A stretch of 64,000 nt of DNA, taken from NCBI GenBank assembly GCA_032718475.1, contig JAUCBJ010002506.1, positions 1 through 64,000 of the forward strand, written 5' to 3'. How positions within the stretch are numbered: the first letter of the stretch is position 1; each line of letters begins with the position of its first letter. The translations under genes were made by a program, and so were the position numbers. The notes beneath the pieces were generated by a model. That model saw nothing but the letters and a program-made list of their open reading frames with translations, searched no databases and was not told where the DNA came from. Source of the stretch: Nemertoderma westbladi. Its lineage: Eukaryota; Animalia; Xenacoelomorpha. Below are positions 1-10,625 of the stretch, piece by piece.

Positions 1-19
1 ATTTTTCGTATTTATTATT

Positions 20-1084
20 ATGGCCTTAACGCAAAAAACCGTAGCAACAAATAGCTGGAAATTTACTTACAATAAATATACTTGTACCGCCGTTCACAGC
101 AAGTATTTTATTGTGGAATCTCAGGAGGACAACGAATCAATTTGTTTTTCCCATCAAGATACCCACTATTTGCTAGACATTCTAGAAACAATAACCAACA
201 ACCAACATCAATCCAGACCAGCAATTATACCAGGTAGGATATATCCCACTCTTTGTTTTGCGCGGGGAAATTTGAATATATCCATCAACCCCACATCGGG
301 TGATGTTTACGTTCAGAAACAAGGCAAATGTAAAGTCCTCAACAAAGCTTTTACTGAAGTTCTAATTCAATACAGAGGGAAATTATTGCAATTTCTCTCT
401 CCACCGCTAGAGATTATTAGCGATCAATTCTACATTGAATTATCAAATCCAGAGTTTATTGGATTTGTAACAGCTTTTAAAGGAACCAACTATGTTGGCT
501 TATGGAAAATCAGCGTTAGATACGTTGATAGTGTTGGTTTTAACTATTATACGGGTTTCAATTTGTCAAATCAGGAACTAACCGTTTTGTTGCGAGAGTG
601 GGACACTCAAATTGATGAACCAGACAAGCATCTTTTTGATAAAAATATCATTCAATTATCAGACCGTCTCAAAATGATTAAAACCAATAATAAAAAAATC
701 ATTATCACCAACACCGATAATTCTACTGAAGTAGGAGCCGGCGGAAATTCTATTGAGTTGCATTACTTGAATGATAAAGCCCATATTAGTTTTCTCAAAG
801 AGGCTATGGATGGCGTTTCTCTTATTGAAGCCAATGTAGACGGTTTTGTCCTTTTGGATAAACCTAAAGCATTCGTAGAGATCCCATCACCTAATCCGGA
901 TGTTGAAGAGAGTTGCTCTCAACCGCAACAGGTCTTTCCGGAAATATTACCTCGGAAGCCAAGATCAACGAGTAAATTTACCAACGCATCACCTGCAAAG
1001 AAACAGAAAGTTGCTGTTAACCCAGCTCCAGTAGATCTAGTTACTAATTCTCCTTGGAAACCAGATTATTATCCTAACATGTAA
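20..1084 (+). CDS. Polinton accessory protein with a putative PC4/p15-like ssDNA-binding domain and a Pro/basic tail
   Basis: 354-aa ORF. GFVTAFKGTNYVGLWK...TGFNLSNQELTVL resembles the PC4 pattern (VxxFkGxxxvdiR...kGisLxxeqwxxL). NLS-like PAKKQK near the C-terminus. Confidence 0.55.
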   Translation: MALTQKTVATNSWKFTYNKYTCTAVHSKYFIVESQEDNESICFSHQDTHYLLDILETITNNQHQSRPAIIPGRIYPTLCFARGNLNISINPTSGDVYVQKQGKCKVLNKAFTEVLIQYRGKLLQFLSPPLEIISDQFYIELSNPEFIGFVTAFKGTNYVGLWKISVRYVDSVGFNYYTGFNLSNQELTVLLREWDTQIDEPDKHLFDKNIIQLSDRLKMIKTNNKKIIITNTDNSTEVGAGGNSIELHYLNDKAHISFLKEAMDGVSLIEANVDGFVLLDKPKAFVEIPSPNPDVEESCSQPQQVFPEILPRKPRSTSKFTNASPAKKQKVAVNPAPVDLVTNSPWKPDYYPNM

Positions 1085-1294
1085 ACCTGATCATAAGTTA
1101 AACTCTTTGAGGTTTCCAATACCCATAGGCGATTGATGTTTGGTGATTGGTTTAAAATTATTTCACTCGCTAGCATATAAATGTTTAGATATAGTCAATA
1201 TCATTTCATTTCATTTTATTTTAATCTTTGGAGATATTTTATTATTATTATTATTATTTATCTAAACAAACTTCAGCATGGATAAAATAACAAT

Positions 1295-4200
1295 ATGTTG
1301 TCATTCTGTCATATGAATATAACTAGACATAATTATTTACGCCACCTACGGTCACATTTTGAAAGTTATTCTTGTTTTAAGTGTCATGTCGTGACTTCAT
1401 GCTGCGAAATTTGTAAACGACATGAATCAACTACTGGTTGTAAAGAAATGGAGTTCCGTACCTATCAATTGACTTGTTCTACCTGTAATAAAGAGTATAC
1501 ATATGAGAATTATTTACGACACGACTGTCACTTGAAATGTTACTACACAAGAAAGCGTAAATCTCCGCAACATAAAAAAAATATATTATTTAGAAAAAAA
1601 TTAAGGGTGGCTCTTGGTACATGCGCAACAATTTTTACGCGGGAACAAGAAGCTCACGATAATCGTCTTGAAATTTATGTCCATGACCTCCCAACTTCTA
1701 GAGATTATCCCGATGTAGAAACAGCAGTAACGCAAATTCGAGGTTATATTCTTCAGTTAATATTTGATAGATTGAAAGAAATGAATGTTCTTAGACTGTG
1801 GTTAGGTCTAAATGTATTAATGTACAGATCACATTTTTCAGAAGGTGAGCAATTGGAAACCTTTTATTTTAATTCTTCCGGTGGTGCTATTAATACTGTA
1901 GATTCATCACAAAGTTTTGACACATGGTTTGAGTATGTGCTGGAAAATATATTACAAAAAATAGCCATCTTTAACACACGTGGTTCAGGGTGGCGTATTA
2001 AATCTTTATTAAGGGTTGAAATTAAATTAGCTGAATCTAAGTGTAGGTCGTTACTATATAAGGGGCATGGATATATGGAATTACCTAAGGTTCTATCGAG
2101 TAAACGATGTGTTATAAATGTACAATCGGTTGATAATGACTGTTTCAAATGGGCTATTATAACCGCAAAATTTGGTAGCAAAGTGAAAAACAACAAACAG
2201 CTTACTTCATCATACAAAAATTATATGAGTCATTTCATTTTTGACAACGGAAAAAATGATTATCCAACAGAGTGGCAGTTAGCGATTAAACTTTTTGAAA
2301 AACAAAATTCAAAATATATAATTAATTTACTATGTTGGAATAACGACAACAAACACACCCCTGTATCTATATTAAGACAACCTCCGTTTAGTAAAATTAC
2401 ACCTGATAAACAGTTATTAAATATATTACTTGTAGTAAAAAATAACAATGTACCTAAACTGAATCATTATGTTTGCATAACTAACTTGAATCGATTGCTG
2501 AATACGAGAGCTCTTCATATCAGCAATAGGAAATATTGTGAAAGGTGTTTGACTCATTTTTTTCGAGCGGAAGTTCTTCATCGACACCGTCTCTCCTGCT
2601 ACCAAGGAAGAAGTCAACGAGAGAAACTACCTAATAAAAAAAGAACATACATTAGTTTTACAAATTTAGATAGAACCTTATCCCCATTGTTTGTCACCTA
2701 CTTTGATATAGAATGTATCTTACAACCTTCAGTTAATAATCAAATTATACAGGAGCATATACCGTGTGCTGTGAGTTATTTAATTATTCCCAATAGTGAA
2801 TTACTTGATGCTCCAAAATGTCATTTGAAAACATTCGTAAAGTCAAATAATAATAATTGTATTCAAGATTTCTTAGATTCATTATATACTGATTTAACTG
2901 AATTATGTTGTTGGTCAGAAATATACACTCATAAAACTATGTCATTTACTAATATTGATTTTGTAAATTTTGAACAAGCAAAATTTTGTTTCTATTGTAA
3001 TGTTACTTTAAATAATAATGTAGGGAAAAACAGACATCATTCACATATTACAGGTAAATATATTGCGGCAACCTGTAATAGTTGTAACCGAAGTTTATCA
3101 TTGAAACGATACCTGTATGTACTTTGCGGGCACAATTCCAACAACTACGATATACATTGTATATTACAAACCGGATTTAGAGATAAGAAATACACAGATT
3201 GGGATATAAAGGTTATACCGAGAAATACAGAACGATATATTTCACTGAGTGCATTTATCCCAATTCAAAACACTTCTAAGAAAATTGAGTTACGTTTCTT
3301 AGACACATATCAATTTTTAAGCTTTTCTTTAAGTAATTTAGTTGAGTGTTCAACAAAGGATGTAGCGAGTCATGATATAAGCTCAATTTTACCTATTACT
3401 CTACAAGAAATGAAATATTTTTATCCAAACTTGAATAACTCAACAATTAAATGGAAAGGAGTATTTCCATACGAGTACTTGACAGATATAAATAAATTTA
3501 ATGATACTGGTTTTCCATCTATAAATAATTTTTTTAGTAACTTAAGTCAAAAAACATGCACAATTGAAGATTATAGGTTTGCGGAATTATCATGGGTACA
3601 ATTCGACTGTGTGAATCTCAAAGATTATCTTTTAGCCTATTTAAAACTCGATGTTTGTTTGCTTGCTGATATATTTGAGAATTTTAGGAATGTTTGTAAA
3701 CAAAATTACGATTTAGAAGCGGTTTTTTACTGTAGTATCGCGTCATTTACCTATGATTGCGCACTAAAATATAATAAATGTAAAATAGAATTAATAAAGG
3801 ATTATCAGACATATAGAGATTTTGAAAAATCAATTAGGGGTGGTGTTTCATTTTGTCGAAAGCATTATATAGAATCAAATATACCAGGAACAAGTACATA
3901 TGATTCTACTAAGGAAGAATGCCATATTTTTAATATTGATTTCAACTCTTTATATTCTGGGAATTTAAGTAAAAAACTACCCACCTCACAATTCAAAGAA
4001 GTAAGTATTAAACACTTAGAGAATGCAATTCCAGAAAAACTAATTGAGTACTTGGTAGATTTAGACATTGATGGATCTACTGGATATTTTTTAATATGTG
4101 ATTTAAATTATCCCAAAGCTATTCACGATCAAACATTACAATTACCGTTAGCTCCAGAGCATTTAAGTATAAATGAATCAATGCTTTCGCCTTATATGAG

Positions 4201-5338
4201 GGAACAATTTAATAACTTGTCGATACAAAGAGGTACCTCCCGTAAATATAGGATGCCTACAGCAAAACTCTTGCTGACGCAATTTGATAAAGAGTTTTAT
4301 CATTTACATTTGAAACTGTTAAAATTTTATATAAAACATGGATTAATTGTTACTAAACTACATAAATTATATTCTTTTCAACAAGAATTTGTATTTAAAA
4401 ATTACATCGATTTTAATATTAATCAAAGGCGATTAGCAAAAAGTTACATTGAAACAGCTGTCGCGAAATTGCTCAATAATTCGTTATTTGGCAAATCAAT
4501 AGAAAAGATAAGAGATCGATGTAACTTTCGTATCGCCATTAGCAATGATAAATGCGACCAATTGGTGAATCGTATTAATCACGAACAATTTATAATATAC
4601 AATAATACATTATCGGGACATTTATTAGTGAAAGACTCTGTAACTCTCGATAAGCCTATATTTATTGGTAGCACTGTGTTGGACTTGGCTAAATTGGATA
4701 TGTATGAGCTGTTTTACAATAAATTGCTACCTATTGAGAAAGAATTAAACTGCCGTATTGAAATTGCTGCATCAGATACGCACTCTTTAATAGGATGTTA
4801 CTATAATACATCGCAGAATAATTTTTTAAAAGCATTAATTAAAAATAATATTTTAGATACATCCAATTACCCTAAGGATCACCCTCTCTACAGCGATAAA
4901 AATAAATCGAGACTTTATTACTGTAAAGATGAACTAGCTTCACGTGAAATTAAACAAGCAGTATTTTTAAGACCAAAATTATATTCAATTTTGGAATGGA
5001 ATAACAAAAATATTCGTAGAGCAAAAGATATTACAAGAGCTGTTGTGGAAACGAATATTACACATGAAGAATATTTAAAAGCATATAACTCAAATGAAGA
5101 AATAAAAAAAAACATACACAGATTTCAATCTAAATTACATCGTATTTATACCTTAAAGCAAAATAAATTTGCACTCAGTAGCTTTGATGATAAACTTTAT
5201 TGGGTTAATAAAAATCAATCACTTCCTTGGGGGCACTATAAAACAAACCTCAAAAAACCTATAAAAATATCAAATATACCAATTTATGAAGAACCAAAAG
5301 ACGATGGTGTTGATGATGAATTATCAAATAGTAAATAA
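1295..5338 (+). CDS. pPolB: Protein-primed family B DNA polymerase with N-terminal Zn fingers, vOTU-like region and EndoVII/HNH-like insertion; probably inactivated
   Basis: ExoI YFDIE, ExoII GHNSNNYD, ExoIII YLKLD, PolA IDFNSLY, PolB KLLNNSLFGK, PolC SDTHS (canonical DTDS), LRPKLY. Also DNDCFKWA...NHYV and CFYC...HHSHITGKYIAATCNSCN. The original start may be the ATG at 1278 with a 2-nt frameshift. Confidence 0.95.
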   Translation: MLSFCHMNITRHNYLRHLRSHFESYSCFKCHVVTSCCEICKRHESTTGCKEMEFRTYQLTCSTCNKEYTYENYLRHDCHLKCYYTRKRKSPQHKKNILFRKKLRVALGTCATIFTREQEAHDNRLEIYVHDLPTSRDYPDVETAVTQIRGYILQLIFDRLKEMNVLRLWLGLNVLMYRSHFSEGEQLETFYFNSSGGAINTVDSSQSFDTWFEYVLENILQKIAIFNTRGSGWRIKSLLRVEIKLAESKCRSLLYKGHGYMELPKVLSSKRCVINVQSVDNDCFKWAIITAKFGSKVKNNKQLTSSYKNYMSHFIFDNGKNDYPTEWQLAIKLFEKQNSKYIINLLCWNNDNKHTPVSILRQPPFSKITPDKQLLNILLVVKNNNVPKLNHYVCITNLNRLLNTRALHISNRKYCERCLTHFFRAEVLHRHRLSCYQGRSQREKLPNKKRTYISFTNLDRTLSPLFVTYFDIECILQPSVNNQIIQEHIPCAVSYLIIPNSELLDAPKCHLKTFVKSNNNNCIQDFLDSLYTDLTELCCWSEIYTHKTMSFTNIDFVNFEQAKFCFYCNVTLNNNVGKNRHHSHITGKYIAATCNSCNRSLSLKRYLYVLCGHNSNNYDIHCILQTGFRDKKYTDWDIKVIPRNTERYISLSAFIPIQNTSKKIELRFLDTYQFLSFSLSNLVECSTKDVASHDISSILPITLQEMKYFYPNLNNSTIKWKGVFPYEYLTDINKFNDTGFPSINNFFSNLSQKTCTIEDYRFAELSWVQFDCVNLKDYLLAYLKLDVCLLADIFENFRNVCKQNYDLEAVFYCSIASFTYDCALKYNKCKIELIKDYQTYRDFEKSIRGGVSFCRKHYIESNIPGTSTYDSTKEECHIFNIDFNSLYSGNLSKKLPTSQFKEVSIKHLENAIPEKLIEYLVDLDIDGSTGYFLICDLNYPKAIHDQTLQLPLAPEHLSINESMLSPYMREQFNNLSIQRGTSRKYRMPTAKLLLTQFDKEFYHLHLKLLKFYIKHGLIVTKLHKLYSFQQEFVFKNYIDFNINQRRLAKSYIETAVAKLLNNSLFGKSIEKIRDRCNFRIAISNDKCDQLVNRINHEQFIIYNNTLSGHLLVKDSVTLDKPIFIGSTVLDLAKLDMYELFYNKLLPIEKELNCRIEIAASDTHSLIGCYYNTSQNNFLKALIKNNILDTSNYPKDHPLYSDKNKSRLYYCKDELASREIKQAVFLRPKLYSILEWNNKNIRRAKDITRAVVETNITHEEYLKAYNSNEEIKKNIHRFQSKLHRIYTLKQNKFALSSFDDKLYWVNKNQSLPWGHYKTNLKKPIKISNIPIYEEPKDDGVDDELSNSK

Positions 5339-5867
5339 AAATATAAGTTGTAAGCAGATCATTTATGGACTTAATTTAAAAGAATTAAAAAATCAATTGA
5401 CTGGTAAAATTGTACTCAAACCTAATCAGTTTATATATAAGGTATTTGGTGCAACCATATTAATGTTTACAAATGGACGAATAACAATTCTCGGTAGAAA
5501 ATATAATTTTAATAAAGTGAAAAAGCATATATTCGAAAAAACAAACATTAATTTGATTTTTAAATCAATCAATTTGTGTACTTATATTTTTAGTATCGAT
5601 ACCGTAATTTATAGGTTACTTATAAACAATATCGGGTTTTATATTATATTTGATAATGTTAAACTAGAAATTTCATACGAGCCCGAAATATTCAATAACT
5701 GTAAAGTCAGAATAAATAATATTGTTGTTGTTTGCTGCTTCTACACTGGTAAATGTACATTAATGTGTTCCCCATTTAAATTTCATATATATTATCCTAT
5801 ATTCAACAAACTGGTTAATAATTTATTATTGTTTGGTGTGAGGGTTTTTGATGTAAAATATAATTAG
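5286..5867 (+). CDS. TATA-binding-protein (TBP)-like protein
   Basis: Two TBP-like repeats: LNLKEL...ATILMFTNGRITILG (cf. TBP TTALIFSSGKMVCTG) and ISYEPEIF...VCCFYTGKCTL (cf. SSYEPELF...LLIFVSGKVVL). Length matches the TBP core. Confidence 0.75.
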   Translation: MKNQKTMVLMMNYQIVNKNISCKQIIYGLNLKELKNQLTGKIVLKPNQFIYKVFGATILMFTNGRITILGRKYNFNKVKKHIFEKTNINLIFKSINLCTYIFSIDTVIYRLLINNIGFYIIFDNVKLEISYEPEIFNNCKVRINNIVVVCCFYTGKCTLMCSPFKFHIYYPIFNKLVNNLLLFGVRVFDVKYN

Positions 5868-6627
5868 TGCGAGTGAAATTTATTGTTGTTCTTGTTGTTG
5901 CTGTTTGGTGGTGGAGATTTTTACTGTAAAATATATATATTAAATTTGGCTGGAAAAAATTTATGAATATTTTTTTTTAAAATCAACAACTAGTTGGGGG
6001 AAATTAACTAACTAACTTCAGTAGAGCGATTGCTTGTAACACTCAAGTAGGCATAGTTTACTCAGCGACCGTAGCTAGCTAGCTAGCTAACTAAGCATCG
6101 CTGCTCACGAGTGAGCTACAATAGCGCATCTGTTACTTATGAGTGTGCGTGTGTACGGCAGGCAACGCTAAGCTCAGTGAGAAAAGATTATGACTATGTG
6201 CTGGTATTCATAGTCAAAGACGATGCCCTCCTATCTGTTACTAGTCTGTATACCGGTACATATCATTAAAACATCAGCTATGCATCTCCCTACATTCAGA
6301 ATAGAACAATGAACAGAGCATATATCGCTAACTAATCCGCATGGGAAAGGTTTATGTTGTGCATTTTGTTAACTATGAAAATTTTGTAATCTAAACATCT
6401 GCGACCCTCTACAAAAATATATATAAACTCAATTTTTCTAACAGTGAACTATAATTTTGTTTCCCTACCGTAAAATAAAAAAATAAATACCGGTATAGAC
6501 TAGGCCTAACTTATCTTCATATTTGAAAAAAAAAAACTAACCTCAACCAACTTCAGTTCCGACAATCCTTCTCTATCAATCAACAAACTTCAGTTCCGAC
6601 ATCCAATATCCAACACCGACATCCAAG

Positions 6628-6981
6628 ATGGCATTTTCTTTCATTGAAAATAGCGACGACTGTTTATTAAAATTTGATGTTGATGGAGATGACCTTTATT
6701 TCACTTCATTAAATGTAACTGAATTACATTTAAAAAACAACAACGGTGAAATAACAATAATGATTAAAAATAAAACCAGCGGCAGCCAAGGTCACCAAAC
6801 CACATTGACGACCAATAAAAACTTCAATTTAAACGTTAGAGTTCAACCTGGAGCGGCGCATCAGATAAGTCTAGACAATTATAGTAGGGGAGAGAACTGG
6901 GGTGAACATGAAGATATAGCAGCAGCTCCAGTTCCAACACCAACTCTACTACTTCCATCTGATCCGAGAATACGTCAGTAG
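6628..6981 (+). CDS. Polinton hypothetical protein (117 aa)
   Basis: ATG-initiated ORF in good context (AAGATGG), co-oriented with polB; no recognisable motif. Confidence 0.5.
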   Translation: MAFSFIENSDDCLLKFDVDGDDLYFTSLNVTELHLKNNNGEITIMIKNKTSGSQGHQTTLTTNKNFNLNVRVQPGAAHQISLDNYSRGENWGEHEDIAAAPVPTPTLLLPSDPRIRQ

Positions 6982-7139
6982 ACTCGTACAGCAAGTAGAC
7001 TCATAGGCCTATATAATTAGTCACGTGTGTTACTGGTATCAGTAGGTTTTTATATTGTATTGTATATTTTATATCTAATTAAAAAAAGCGAATACATAAA
7101 TAAACTAACTATGTTTTATATATAGTCCCGTCAACATAG

Positions 7140-7506
7140 AGTGAATGTTAGTAACAGAGAATGTGGCTGATTTTATATAGGCTTAGTTAGGTATACCGCG
7201 AGCTGCACCTATTGTATCCGAGTGGGGCCTTTATATGACTGGTTGAATGAAGGGGTTCCTGACTGTGTGTGTTCTAAAGGTTAACGGTATAGCATACAAC
7301 ATACTGTCATAAAGTGAATGTTGAAAGTTAGTAACAGAGAGTGCGAGGGGATTTTATAGGTCCAATAGCGCTACCGGTACCTAACCACACCTATTGTTGT
7401 ATCCGTGAGCTAGTCAGCTTTCAGTTGAGGAGTAGTCATTAGGCCTATATGCCTAACCGAATGAAGGTGTACCTTACCTATCCACAAGTTCTAAAGGTTA
7501 ACCGTA
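7140..7506. repeat. Diverged direct repeat (2 copies, ~170-200 bp) in the Polinton non-coding region
   Basis: Shared blocks in the same order: GTTAGTAACAGAGA, CACCTATTGT, GAATGAAGG, GTTCTAAAGGTTAAC. Confidence 0.7.
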
Positions 7507-8095
7507 AACCATATTGGGGCAACATTCGAAAAAGGGGGCCGCATAAAGTTAACTATAGCTGTATAGGCTTGCCTATGCGACAGTAATGTAGATTAGACCA
7601 ATTAAAGTTGTAAACAGAAAATTGGAAGCATTCAAGTGTAATAGCCTAATCCTTAAATCGAAGAAACCTGCATGTCTTTGCTCTATCCAAGTATCCAGTT
7701 ACAAGAGTGCTACAGTGCCGGTACCAGTAGGCCTATTGTTAGGTGGGCCCCTCTAATGCTGCATTCACGAACCCTCATGTCGAGTTAATTTAATTTTATT
7801 ATTTAGCAAGTAACGCTAAAGCTCTGTGGCTGCTGTCGGTGCCATTCTGCCGTTCTACAGTCAGTTTAGCGTTGTTGCTGCTATATGTCTGTATGTGTGT
7901 AAAGTCAGCTACTGGTAGTTAAACTCTGATACAACAACCGGCTACCGGTAGGTACGGTGTGTTTGTGAGTGTAAACTTAAGCCCTACACCTTCAGTCAAA
8001 CTGAAATATAAAAAAATAGATTTTAATGTTTTTATTATTTTTATTGACATTTAAACAATTATATTATCCCATCACATTACATGCTTAGAGTAAAC

Positions 8096-8701
8096 CTACT
8101 GTACGAGTACATCTTCCACCGCAGTTATTTCTTTCTGTTTATCATCAGTGTCAGTTAAACGCTTTCTCACGAAAAATCGTTTCAATTCAAACCCGCCGAC
8201 ACGTTTTGCAGAGCAGTACCGCAGACAGTTATCCTTTGTGTTTAAGTGAAAAGCACATTTATTTTCTAGTGCAATAAATTGATCGTGGAAGGGACAGGGG
8301 GTTAAATAATTGTAATATTGCTGATATTGATATATCTACAATTTCTCCATCAAATTTGGTGCGAGAACATCAAGTTGGGAAACTAATATTGCCCGCTTCA
8401 TCAACCCAAATACATGTATATTTTTTTTATATTTTAAATGTCTCTTCATGTATTTTTTAAAGTCATCTTGCGAAATGTCGCCGTAATCCTAAGGTAAATG
8501 CGAAGTCATGTCTCGTAAATTGTTTACGTGGGCTTCATCTAATGCTGATAACTTAATATTAGGCGGACCTTTAATTAAAAACGTCTTTACATTAGTTTTG
8601 GTGTAATTAGAATCGAATATAGCAAATTCTTTAAATACTACTGGATATTCCTTATTGTCTATCTTATAATATTGAAAATCAACAAAAATAATATTATCCA
8701 T
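8096..8701 (-). pseudogene. DEDD/Maelstrom-like nuclease with two in-frame TAG stops
   Basis: One frame of 202 codons with TAG at 8489-8491 and 8336-8338: IIFVDFQ...VFKEFAIFD...HLP*DYGDI...HVFGLMK...CAFH...YCSAKRV. Confidence 0.6.
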
Positions 8702-8732
8702 TTTATCTGATAAACAAAAGTTAAATGATTAA

Positions 8733-9188
8733 TTACAACGCTTGTTGGTTTATTTTATAATAATTAACAAGCCATTTATATAATATTATTTCATTTATTT
8801 CCACATTATTTGTAAACGCTCTCATTGGATAGTTTGTATGAATTCGATTTACCAAGTAATAAAGACAGTATAATCCACATGTGGTCCTCCTAGGGTCTTG
8901 AAATTGTTTCCGGGTAGTACGCCATCTTGCTGAATTTATCTCAAGCCATTTTTCGATACATCTGTTTGGATATTTTGGTCTGAATGAATTAAATAATTCA
9001 GCCTCATTATCTCGTATATATATAGCAATCCAATGAACCCCGGGTAGATGCTGTTTATCGGTGTTTACTATTAACCCATAATCTCTCCGTTTATTATTAT
9101 TATCTAATTTAGGTAATTTGTTAGATGGAAACGCACCCAAATAGTGACTACCCACTGGAAACATATCAAGGTCCTCTGTAGATAACAT
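8733..9188 (-). CDS. Adenain-like (adenovirus-type) maturation cysteine protease
   Basis: IVNTD..LPGVHWIA (His), FNSF (normally FDSxG), QDPRRTTCGLYC (Gln, Cys). Confidence 0.93.
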   Translation of the reverse strand: MLSTEDLDMFPVGSHYLGAFPSNKLPKLDNNNKRRDYGLIVNTDKQHLPGVHWIAIYIRDNEAELFNSFRPKYPNRCIEKWLEINSARWRTTRKQFQDPRRTTCGLYCLYYLVNRIHTNYPMRAFTNNVEINEIILYKWLVNYYKINQQAL

Positions 9189-9190
9189 AC

Positions 9191-9400
9191 TTAATCGATA
9201 TGTATTTCTTTCCTGCTATTTAAACTTAATGATTGATCATAAATATTAAAAACGATTACATTTATGGTCTCAACCAGCGGACCCCTTGGAAATAAGCTGC
9301 AAAGCTTTAGGGGTAATCCTATATGTTATGTTGGACAATACCTTTATACCAGTACATTGTTTGGTGTATTTGTTATTGTTTTTACATAATGTATAAATAA

Positions 9401-9449
<49 letters not shown>

Positions 9450-10623
9450 GCGGTTCGGCAAATCTTAATTTTAATAGGCCGTTAGTATATATCGATGGTT
9501 GCGGATCTCTAACATAACCATTGGCGGTTAGATCCCAGGATATGAGTGGGCAATTACCTAAGTAGGTTTCATGGTCTATATTATTACCTCCATAACCGTT
9601 AATATATGTATTAATGTTTTTCATTAATTGAGTATACTCAAAAATGTATGTTCCATCTGTAAAATTAGGCTCGTATATTACACCACCTACTGGAAGACCG
9701 TCTACAATCAGTTCCGTGCATCTAAGGATAAAATGTTCAAATTTCAAGGGATTGCTAATTAATTCTCCCGAATATGCATTATTTGTTATAAAACCGATAA
9801 TAACTAATTTGGGTTTTTTACCATCAAATATGTTTGTTTGGGTGTAATTTGTGGTTTGTGCGGGAATAGTAAATGTTGTAACCTCCTTTTTTTGGAATTG
9901 ATATTCAATATCGTAACTCTCTAAACCTTTAAGGTGACTGCTTTCTATTACGGGATTAACCTCCATTCTAGGGATTAGGATCTTTACTTCATCTAATTCT
10001 AACCGAAGATTTGTCACAGCGTTTGCGTTTGGAGTGATTTTAAAAATAAACGAATTTGATACTTTTCTAAAATGCATTCTTAAATCATACCCGGGTTGTA
10101 TTATTTTAGTTTCAGTATCAAAATCAATTGTCAATCCACTTACAAATTGCATTTGTTTACTAAAGGCATCGCCAATAGGATGCGCACCAGGATCAATTTC
10201 ATTTCCGTGTTCGGATAAAGGCTGATGAAAGCCACCCACCCCCAGTAGCCCATTTTTAGTTTCGTATGTTGTAAATAGTAAATTGGATAAGTACGACTTG
10301 TAGAAATAATGGTTATTGCTATTTTCAACCTGCTTCTCATTAAGGTCTATTTTAATATCACTCCACATAGTTCCAGCGGGGTAATTCAAGATATAAATAT
10401 GGGAGTTTTCAAGTCGTCTATCCCACCGTACAGTACATTTTGTAATTAATAACGCATCTTGCAGTTTCGTATAGAATTCATTGGATCTTGGTACAAGGAA
10501 CGTGACTTCCCTAGACTCACTTCTGAGATTGGATACCGGGTAAATTGTTTCATAATGCTTTGCTTTAAATTCAGTCTGTATTGGCTGTGTAGAAAATAAA
10601 TCTAATTCCTTAATAATTGACAT
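9191..10623 (-). pseudogene. Major capsid protein (double jelly-roll), interrupted near the C-terminus by a LINE-tail insertion
   Basis: ELDLFS..PIQT start and PKLVIIGF...NPLKFEHF motifs. Removing the insert and one TSD copy restores ...LRFAEPL-VETINVIVFNIYDQSLSLNSRKEIHID* (stop 9191-9193). Confidence 0.9.
9281..9448 (+). mobile_element. 5'-truncated non-LTR retrotransposon 3' end (L2/CR1-like) with (ATCT)n tail
   Basis: 5-bp TSD AGCGG (9276-9280, 9449-9453); stem-loop ACCCCT...AGGGGT; AATAAA followed by an (ATCT)n tail. Confidence 0.8.
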
Positions 10624-10625
10624 TA

